The position numbers and the translations under genes were made by a program. Below the pieces are notes generated by a model. That model worked only from the letters and a program-made list of their open reading frames with translations, was not told the origin of the DNA and did not search any database. From a virus, in the IMG/VR virus record IMGVR_UViG_3300012352_000153, positions 1 to 32,028 of that record: 32,028 bases of DNA; one strand, 5' to 3'. Below are positions 18,147-25,450 of this stretch, piece after piece. The first letter of the stretch is position 1. Every line of letters starts with the position of its first letter.

Positions 18147-20075
18147 ATGTCAGTAGTTAATAATACACAAGGGTTTACTTTTAGATTAATCGCAAACGGA
18201 ACTCAATTAGATACGTTCGCTGATGAGGAGATTTTAATTTCGAATAACGTAACAGGTTTATTTGATATTGGAGTTTTACCATCAGACCTTACACGTCAAA
18301 TAACATTGCCAGGTACGAAGGTAAATAACGCTTTCTTTGAGCATGTTTATGATATCTCTATTGATAATCCGTTTTTATTCGCAACTAACATTAAAGTTCC
18401 TGCATACTTTGAATTTGACTCTGTATATCTTTCGCAAGGTTATATTCAGTTAAATAAAGTAAATGTTGTAGCTAATAAATTTATTGAGTCATACGAGGTA
18501 ACTATGTATGGAACTCTATCATCATTTGCAAGAGAAGTAAATAGAAGTTTCTTAACTGATTTAACTCCTTTAGCAGCATATAATCATACATCATCTTATT
18601 TCAATATAAAGGATAGTTGGACTGGTGATTTATTCAATGGTGATATTGTATATCCATTAGCAGATTATGGACAAGGATGGCAGTTTACGCCAACCGAAAA
18701 TTATACAGGAATAGATGATGATAAAGGTGCATTATCAGTTCAAGACTTCAAACCAGCTATTAGAGTTAAAGCAGTATGGGATGCAATATTTGAATACACT
18801 GGATATACTTACTCATCTTCATTCTTAAATGAAGCGTGGTTGGATGATGTATATATGATTTGTAACAATTCCCTAAAGTATCCAGAATATGCGGGTATTG
18901 ATTTAGAAATATTAGGAGTAGCTAAAATAGCTCCATTTAGTGGTAGCGGTCAAACTGATTTAGTTATTCCAAAAGCAACTATAACTAATTTACCTTGGTA
19001 TAATGTATTAAATGACCCATCAGACGTAATTGGAACTAATGCATCATATACAATCACATTAGACCATCCAGCATCTTTGCAAGGTATAATTAACTTAAAT
19101 GTTAATTTATCAGGTTCATTAGGTGGACCGGACCCGACTCTGTTTGTAAGAGAAACCGGTTCGTTATCCATTGTATCGACTACCCCATTGCAGGAATTTC
19201 AAACTTATTTTAAAGAACTAACCTTTCACGATTTTGCAGCTGGTAATACAGGTCAAAACCAAACACTGGAAGTTTCACAAAAGTTTGTAACACAATTATT
19301 AGACCCTGGTACTTATTATTTTTCATTGGAATGGACTGATTATTTTTCTCCGCCTTACAACAATTTTAAATTCACATTAGACCCAAATAGTCAACCTAAA
19401 TCATATTTAGAAATTCTAAAAGTTAGACAAGCAGCTGATGGTAATGTAATAGATATACCATCTAATATGCCATATGGTACGACAGGTATTAAGTTGGTTG
19501 ATTTTATTTCGGGAATACAAAAGAAGTTTAACTTAGTAATATATCCCGATAATACAAGGCAAAATCACTTCATAATTGAAACATTTAACAATTGGTATAA
19601 TAAAGGAGATATTAAAGATTTCAATCAATACATTAATTTAGATGATAAGATTGAAGTTATTCCAGCTAACAACTTTGCTGTAAATAAACTTAACTTCGGA
19701 GATACTTTGGATAATGATTATGTATCTCAACAATTTATGAAGGGAGCAAATAGAGAGTTTGGTAAGATTTACTATACAGATACAACAAACTTCTTCTCAC
19801 AAGGAACTTTTGATGTTAAAACTACATTTGCATCAGAACCATTGGTGTATGTACAAGGTACAGGTTTATCAGGTTCAGTTGGTGGTATAACTCCAGAAAT
19901 CAATTGTTATGATTATGAATACTACGCTTATAGTGGATGTACAATCTATTGGACAACCTGTGCAGGTATTACCGAATCTACATTTGTTGATGCTGGAAAT
20001 ACTTTTAGTATATCGTGTGCAAGAGAAGGTTCGTTAAGTGGATGTGGTCCGTTTACTAAAGGAGCTCAATGTTAA
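18147..20075 (+). CDS. virion structural protein (642 aa), tail/baseplate candidate with a Cys-rich C-terminus
   Basis: Position in the tail block; no family recognised. Confidence 0.4.
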   Translation: MSVVNNTQGFTFRLIANGTQLDTFADEEILISNNVTGLFDIGVLPSDLTRQITLPGTKVNNAFFEHVYDISIDNPFLFATNIKVPAYFEFDSVYLSQGYIQLNKVNVVANKFIESYEVTMYGTLSSFAREVNRSFLTDLTPLAAYNHTSSYFNIKDSWTGDLFNGDIVYPLADYGQGWQFTPTENYTGIDDDKGALSVQDFKPAIRVKAVWDAIFEYTGYTYSSSFLNEAWLDDVYMICNNSLKYPEYAGIDLEILGVAKIAPFSGSGQTDLVIPKATITNLPWYNVLNDPSDVIGTNASYTITLDHPASLQGIINLNVNLSGSLGGPDPTLFVRETGSLSIVSTTPLQEFQTYFKELTFHDFAAGNTGQNQTLEVSQKFVTQLLDPGTYYFSLEWTDYFSPPYNNFKFTLDPNSQPKSYLEILKVRQAADGNVIDIPSNMPYGTTGIKLVDFISGIQKKFNLVIYPDNTRQNHFIIETFNNWYNKGDIKDFNQYINLDDKIEVIPANNFAVNKLNFGDTLDNDYVSQQFMKGANREFGKIYYTDTTNFFSQGTFDVKTTFASEPLVYVQGTGLSGSVGGITPEINCYDYEYYAYSGCTIYWTTCAGITESTFVDAGNTFSISCAREGSLSGCGPFTKGAQC

Positions 20076-20087
20076 AATAAATAAATT

Positions 20088-20606
20088 ATGTCACAAAAAA
20101 TACCTTTATATATTCCAACTTTCATAAACTCTGCCACCTATACACCGGCTAGAGTTTTACCACGTCTTTATTTCTATAATGGACTAGTGGATTGTGAAAC
20201 ATGGTGGATAGTAGATGGAGAAAATAGTTCTAGGTCACAATTATCATTTCCATATTTTGACCATTATAATGTGGTAAGTGGTAGTTTCCCTACAATAGAC
20301 TCTCGTACTCTTTTGTTTAATAATGAAGCGCCTGTATATGGTACACAACCTGCTGAATCTTTATATACATTATATTGGGAAAAATATATTTCATTCTTAT
20401 ATAATCCTAAAACAAGGGTATTGAATTGTTCAGCAATCATACCATTAGCTGATTATTTTAAAATGACATTGAATGATATTGTTAACTTCAGAGGAAACTA
20501 TTGGCATTTGAGAGCAATAAATGATTACTCAATTAAATCAGGTGAGTGTAGTTTACAATTGGTCGGTCCAATCATCCCCGATGCATTAGATGGGAACACT
20601 CAATAA
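20088..20606 (+). CDS. hypothetical structural protein (172 aa)
   Basis: ORF in the tail block. Confidence 0.45.
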   Translation: MSQKIPLYIPTFINSATYTPARVLPRLYFYNGLVDCETWWIVDGENSSRSQLSFPYFDHYNVVSGSFPTIDSRTLLFNNEAPVYGTQPAESLYTLYWEKYISFLYNPKTRVLNCSAIIPLADYFKMTLNDIVNFRGNYWHLRAINDYSIKSGECSLQLVGPIIPDALDGNTQ

Positions 20607-20634
20607 TTAAAAACGTTTTTAATGTTATAACAAT

Positions 20635-20781
20635 ATGATACAGAATATAATTGACTTACTTGCTATGGATGACTTCTTAGGTGTTGATAAAAATATCGAT
20701 ATAGCTAAAGGTATGCATTCCATTCCTTACAACTGGAAACAAGGTAAAGCACAGATTAAAAGAATTTGGAAAAGTAAATAA
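20635..20781 (+). CDS. hypothetical small protein (48 aa, below the ORF-track cutoff)
   Basis: Fills the 20607-20783 gap and ends 2 nt before the next ATG. Translation: MIQNIIDLLAMDDFLGVDKNIDIAKGMHSIPYNWKQGKAQIKRIWKSK. Confidence 0.35.
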   Translation: MIQNIIDLLAMDDFLGVDKNIDIAKGMHSIPYNWKQGKAQIKRIWKSK

Positions 20782-20783
20782 CT

Positions 20784-22580
20784 ATGGCAGATAATACTAC
20801 TACCTACACAACTATTGTTGATGTTCAGGTTAAAGGTGAAAATGAAATGAACAACCTTAATGATAAGGTAGAAGAAGGACAGGATAAGTTCAAGTCCCTT
20901 CGTACTCAAATTAGGGAAACTACTGTTGCCTTACAGGCGTTAGCAGATAAAGGTAAAGAAGGTTCAAAAGAATTCAAAGCATTATCCGATAAATTAGATG
21001 ATTTGGGTGATGCTCAAAAGAGAGTTGCTTTCCAATCTGGACAAATCGAAGATAAATTATCAGCATTGCCAGGACCACTTGGTTCAATTGGTAAAGGATT
21101 TGCTTCGTTAAAGGACTCTGTTGCTACATTTGGTAAAGCAACTACGATATCTTTGGGTGTTGTAGGTTTGTTAGTAACCGCATTCTTTGCAATTAAGGAA
21201 GCATTAAGTAAAACTAAAGAAGGACAAGAGGGATTATCTAAAGCAATGTCTGCTTTTAATTCAGTTGTTGCACCTATATTCGCTATCTTAGAGAAAGTTG
21301 GTATGGCTGTTTTACCATTGGTAACTAAAGGTTTTGAAGCATTAGGTACTGTAATGAATAAAGTAGCTAAGTTCTTTGGTGTATCTAATGATAAAATTAA
21401 AGAAGTACATGGTTCATTAGAAAAGAATAATGAAGTTGTTCAGAAAAACTTAGAAGCTCAGAAGAAAGCAATTGAGGAAGCTCAGAAGAAAAAGGAAGAA
21501 GATGCTAAAAAGCATAAAGAATACTTAGAAAAGAAAGCTGCCGCTGATAAGAAAGCTGCTGAAGAGAAGAAACAAAACCAACTTGCCGCTGAGAAGGTGC
21601 TTACGGAAGCGCATATTGCTACTTTATCTGAAAGGGATAAAGAGTTATATCGTTTAGGTATGGCTCAAGAGGAAAGACTTTTAGCATTAAAGAAAGCAGG
21701 TATCAAAGATACTTCAGCTGTCATTGAGCAAGGTAGAATAGAACAAGCCGCTATCAATAAGAAGTATGATGATGAAATTCAGAAAAAGATTGATGACGAT
21801 AAGAAGAAGAAAGAAGAAGAAGCTAAGAAACAAGCTGAAGATGATAAAAAGAAAGCCGAAGAAAAGTTAAATGCTGAACTTCAATCAAGAGATGATGCAG
21901 CTCTAAGAGCAGTTTCTGAATTAGAGTTGAAGAGAGAGCAAGGACAACTTTCTTGGGAAGAAGATATGAAGGTTTACGAAAATGCTAGAGCATTGGGTAG
22001 ACAGAATTTGGAAGCTCAAAAGGCATCAGCCGATGCTCTTGCTGCATACGATGCACAAACCGCTGCTGATAAAATCAAAATGGAGAAAGCAGTTGCTGAA
22101 ACTAAGTTAACCATTATTGGTGATGCATTAGGAGCAGTAGCAGATATGGTAGGTAGAGAAACAGTGGCTGGTAAAGCATTAGCGGTTGCACAAGCAACGA
22201 TTAATACTTACTTAGGTGCTACCAAAGCATTGGCAACTTATCCACCTCCATTTGGAGCAATTGCTGCCGGTGTAACTATTGCAGCAGGTATGTTACAAGT
22301 TAAATCCATCTTATCTACTAAGTTACCAGCTTCACCAAGACCAGGTGGAGGTTCAACAGGTGGAGGTGGAGGAGCAGCTCCTTCGGCACCATCAATCCCA
22401 TCAATGGCTGCACCACAAGTTCAAACCACAGGTGGACAAAATCCAAACCAACAAATTGGTGAAACACTTGCGGCAGCAAATGGTAAAGCAGTTCGTGCTT
22501 ATGTAGTATCACAAGATATACAATCACAAACAGCATTGGATAGAAGAACTAATAGAGCAGCTACCTTTAGTGGTAGTTAA
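20784..22580 (+). CDS. tape-measure-like protein (598 aa)
   Basis: Long K/E/A-rich coiled coil. Hydrophobic Gly/Ala segments (LGVVGLLVTAFFAI, FGAIAAGVTIAAGML). Gly-rich C-terminus. Confidence 0.5.
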   Translation: MADNTTTYTTIVDVQVKGENEMNNLNDKVEEGQDKFKSLRTQIRETTVALQALADKGKEGSKEFKALSDKLDDLGDAQKRVAFQSGQIEDKLSALPGPLGSIGKGFASLKDSVATFGKATTISLGVVGLLVTAFFAIKEALSKTKEGQEGLSKAMSAFNSVVAPIFAILEKVGMAVLPLVTKGFEALGTVMNKVAKFFGVSNDKIKEVHGSLEKNNEVVQKNLEAQKKAIEEAQKKKEEDAKKHKEYLEKKAAADKKAAEEKKQNQLAAEKVLTEAHIATLSERDKELYRLGMAQEERLLALKKAGIKDTSAVIEQGRIEQAAINKKYDDEIQKKIDDDKKKKEEEAKKQAEDDKKKAEEKLNAELQSRDDAALRAVSELELKREQGQLSWEEDMKVYENARALGRQNLEAQKASADALAAYDAQTAADKIKMEKAVAETKLTIIGDALGAVADMVGRETVAGKALAVAQATINTYLGATKALATYPPPFGAIAAGVTIAAGMLQVKSILSTKLPASPRPGGGSTGGGGGAAPSAPSIPSMAAPQVQTTGGQNPNQQIGETLAAANGKAVRAYVVSQDIQSQTALDRRTNRAATFSGS

Positions 22581-22614
22581 TAACAATTTTTGAAATTTTA
22601 GATGTTAATAAGAC

Positions 22615-23406
22615 ATGAACAATAATTACGAAACATACGAATTGATATTAAAGGATGCCGAAGATGAGGTATTCGCATTATCATTGGTTAACTCTCCAGC
22701 AATAATGCAAAATTTTATATATTTTGGAGTTGACCAAAAAGAAGTAATTAAATTTGCTGAAGTAGATTCCGATAAACATACTATCGTTGGCCCGATTCTT
22801 GTGCCTGATTTAAAGATAATCAGATTAAAAGATGATGGTAGTCCATACTATGTAACATTCTCTAAAGATACAGTGAAGGCAATTGCACAGAAATACATTA
22901 AAGATAACAATGCTAACAATATAACGGTAGAGCACGCATCTGAAGTTAAGGACGTTTCATTAGTAGAATCCTGGATTGTAGATTCACCAAAATACGATAA
23001 GGCTAAGGCTTATGGTTTAAATGTTAAACCTGGTACTTGGATGGGAGTTTTCAAAGTTGAGAACCCACAAGTATGGGCTAAAGTAAAATCAGGTGATTAC
23101 AAAGGAATTTCATTAGAAGGATTGTTCACTCACGAATTGATTAAAGCATCTGCTGTTCATTTAGCTGACTCTACGGAGGAGATAATTGTTAAAATGATAT
23201 CTGATATCATAAAAGAAAAAGGACTAAGCATTGACGAGATAACGGAGGAAGAAGCAGATAATGTGTTAGCAGAGTTGAAAGCATTTTTGAAAACTATCGA
23301 AATGGAAGGACAACCTTCTATCCCAGCATCATCTTACCCAGGCGAAGCAGGAACTAAAAGAAAAAAGAATTACATTCATCCTGCATTAGTGGGAACAAAA
23401 GATTAA
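22615..23406 (+). CDS. XkdF-like putative prohead serine protease
   Basis: The N-terminal half (FALSLVNSPAI..IVGPILVPD..VEHASEV..VESWIVD) follows the pattern I recall for PBSX XkdF-family proteins. Confidence 0.55.
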   Translation: MNNNYETYELILKDAEDEVFALSLVNSPAIMQNFIYFGVDQKEVIKFAEVDSDKHTIVGPILVPDLKIIRLKDDGSPYYVTFSKDTVKAIAQKYIKDNNANNITVEHASEVKDVSLVESWIVDSPKYDKAKAYGLNVKPGTWMGVFKVENPQVWAKVKSGDYKGISLEGLFTHELIKASAVHLADSTEEIIVKMISDIIKEKGLSIDEITEEEADNVLAELKAFLKTIEMEGQPSIPASSYPGEAGTKRKKNYIHPALVGTKD

Positions 23407-23410
23407 TTAT

Positions 23411-23779
23411 ATGGCGACATTTGTAGAATTTTTATCTGTATTAAATTCAGCTAAACAACAAACAATCTTCTGGCATAACCAAACAGAAGTGTATAGTGAA
23501 CACAAAACCTTAAATGGTTTTTACGAGTCTATCGAAGATTTGTTAGATGGTTTAGTTGAGTCAGTTGCAGGTATCTATGGTAGACCAAAAGGATATGAAG
23601 CTCACGACTTTGTAGATTGGACTTCAACGGATGATACACTTGCTTATTTCAGAAACCTTTACAACTATGTAGAAACTGAAAGAAAGGGATTGTATCAAGA
23701 TAGTTGGGTTCAAAATCAAATCGATGAGTTATCAGCGTTGATTGCTTCAACAATTTATTTACTTACTTTAAAGAAATAA
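23411..23779 (+). CDS. Dps/ferritin-like four-helix-bundle protein (122 aa)
   Basis: FWH-x8-H-x14-D-x3-E in FWHNQTEVYSEHKTLNGFYESIEDLLDGLVE mirrors the Dps ferroxidase pattern H-x11-H-x14-D-x3-E. Confidence 0.4.
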   Translation: MATFVEFLSVLNSAKQQTIFWHNQTEVYSEHKTLNGFYESIEDLLDGLVESVAGIYGRPKGYEAHDFVDWTSTDDTLAYFRNLYNYVETERKGLYQDSWVQNQIDELSALIASTIYLLTLKK

Positions 23780-23780
23780 G

Positions 23781-24188
23781 ATGTTAGGGAATCAAAAGAT
23801 ACTAAAAAGATTACATGAGATGCAGGCAAATCAATGTCCTGCGGCTACACAAGATATAAAAATTAATTTAGCTAACAGACAAAATGCTATTGATACTGCT
23901 AACTATGGGCCACTTAATCCAAATGAGCCTAATGAGGATTATTGGAAAGCTAAGGCTGATATGTTCAAAGGTAGCATTGAAGATGCTAAAAACGCTTTAT
24001 GTGGTAACTGCGCATTTTTTGTTCAAAAACAAAAGATGTTAGATTGTATTGCAGAAGGTATTGATAATGAAGATGAGTGGGATACTATTGAAGCAGGAGA
24101 TTTAGGATATTGTGAAGCATTTGATTTTAAATGTGCAGCAGCTAGAACTTGTGATGCTTGGGTATCCGGCGGACCAATAACTGATTAA
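23781..24188 (+). CDS. Cys-rich protein with a HiPIP-like motif
   Basis: CGNCAFF ... GYCEAFDFKCAAARTCDAW resembles the HiPIP pattern CxxCxF ... GxCxxF ... C(A/D)(S/A)W. Confidence 0.35.
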   Translation: MLGNQKILKRLHEMQANQCPAATQDIKINLANRQNAIDTANYGPLNPNEPNEDYWKAKADMFKGSIEDAKNALCGNCAFFVQKQKMLDCIAEGIDNEDEWDTIEAGDLGYCEAFDFKCAAARTCDAWVSGGPITD

Positions 24189-24190
24189 TT

Positions 24191-24496
24191 ATGTATAGTA
24201 ACGCAGTACATAATAAACTAATTGAGTTTGCAAGAGAATATATATCTTTTGAAGAAATGAAGGATATGGTATTGGAATGGGATGAACCATTTAAAATCTA
24301 TGCATCTAAATTAGATGGAACTAATATTGTTAGAGAAATGTATTCAGTACCAGGTCCATCTGGCAATGTTAAGTATGATTACGATTCATTGGGATATATG
24401 ATTTTCTTCGATGAAGGAGTAAACGATTACAGAACTATCGTATTAGAAAATGTTGAAAAGATAGTTAAAGATAATAAAACCTATTATATAAAATAA
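24191..24496 (+). CDS. hypothetical protein (101 aa)
   Basis: ORF in the co-directional train. Confidence 0.5.
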   Translation: MYSNAVHNKLIEFAREYISFEEMKDMVLEWDEPFKIYASKLDGTNIVREMYSVPGPSGNVKYDYDSLGYMIFFDEGVNDYRTIVLENVEKIVKDNKTYYIK

Positions 24497-24497
24497 T

Positions 24498-24860
24498 ATG
24501 CCAATACCATCAGTATCAAAAGGAGAAGCAGAAGATAAGTACATTAGTAGATGTATTTCTGAAATAGCATCAGAATACGATGCGGAAGGACAAGCTTATG
24601 CAGTTTGTAAATCTAAGTTCGATGAATTACAATCACCGGAAGAGATTGCTGCTTTGCCTGAACCTAAATCAAATGAAAGAAGAGAGGAATACATTAGAAG
24701 ATGTGTACCTACAATATACAAAGAAGGTGGTAAGTACGACCAAAGAGTAGCAACTGCTATGTGTACTACAAGATTTGAAGGTAGTGAATCAATGAGTAAA
24801 CGTAAGTTGGATTCATTTAGTTCAGTTGCCAGAAAGATAAGATTAATGTTTGAAGAATAA
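24498..24860 (+). CDS. hypothetical protein with a duplicated YI.RC...C..(K/R)F motif
   Basis: KYISRCISEI..AYAVCKSKF and EYIRRCVPTI..ATAMCTTRF. Confidence 0.5.
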   Translation: MPIPSVSKGEAEDKYISRCISEIASEYDAEGQAYAVCKSKFDELQSPEEIAALPEPKSNERREEYIRRCVPTIYKEGGKYDQRVATAMCTTRFEGSESMSKRKLDSFSSVARKIRLMFEE

Positions 24861-25144
24861 TGGAAAATATATATTCAGTATTAATGACAGCAATCACTGT
24901 TTTAGGTGGTACTGCTGCTTGGAGATACTACGAAAAACGAGCTGATAGGAAGGAGAAAGATGAAGAATTCATTCGACACGATTGTAGAGATAGAATTGCT
25001 AAGTTAGAAGCCCTATTACAAAAGGCATCAGAAGAAAAGGATGAATTACGTTCTCAAATATTGAAGTTAGTATCAGAAGTAGCTAAACTCCAAACAGAGG
25101 TTAAGTATCTAAATGATAATAAGAAAAATGTAAAATCTGAATAA
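24860..25144 (+). CDS. membrane-anchored coiled-coil protein (possible lysis/spanin-like)
   Basis: N-terminal TM segment VLMTAITVLGGTAAW followed by a charged coiled coil. Confidence 0.4.
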   Translation: MENIYSVLMTAITVLGGTAAWRYYEKRADRKEKDEEFIRHDCRDRIAKLEALLQKASEEKDELRSQILKLVSEVAKLQTEVKYLNDNKKNVKSE

Positions 25145-25344
25145 TGATAAACAATATACTACAATTCTTTAAAAGAAGAAAAAACACTAATGCCAGGTTG
25201 ATGGATTTGGAATTAACAGTAGATTCGCTTAGGAGAGAGCAAGATGAGTTTAGACAACTCTTACTCCATCTGAATGATAAGGTTACTCAATTAACAACGC
25301 AGCTCGCATTACTACAAACACAGAATAAGAAGGTAGGATTGTAA
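25144..25344 (+). CDS. hypothetical coiled-coil protein (66 aa)
   Basis: Last ORF of the rightward block; its start overlaps the upstream stop. Confidence 0.45.
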   Translation: MINNILQFFKRRKNTNARLMDLELTVDSLRREQDEFRQLLLHLNDKVTQLTTQLALLQTQNKKVGL

Positions 25345-25368
25345 AGTAAATAAGAGAATACTAAAAAG

Positions 25369-25402
25369 AAAACCCCACAAGCAATTAAGCAAGTGGGGTT
25401 TC
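25369..25402. terminator. bidirectional intrinsic terminator between convergent genes
   Basis: AAACCCCAC-14 nt loop-GTGGGGTTT, flanked by A-rich sequence on the left and T-rich sequence on the right. Confidence 0.7.
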
Positions 25403-25450
25403 TTATTTAAACCATGGCGTGTCTAAAATCAACTTTTATAAATATACAAC

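Noticed and set aside
16839-19171. ORFs 16839..17027(-), 17469..17681(+) and 18950..19171(-)
   Set aside because: They are embedded in or antisense to longer structural ORFs and are treated as spurious.
20727-22536. ORFs 20727..20909(-), 22279..22506(+) and 22318..22536(-)
   Set aside because: They overlap the tape-measure-like gene, and the repetitive composition of that gene keeps off-frames open.
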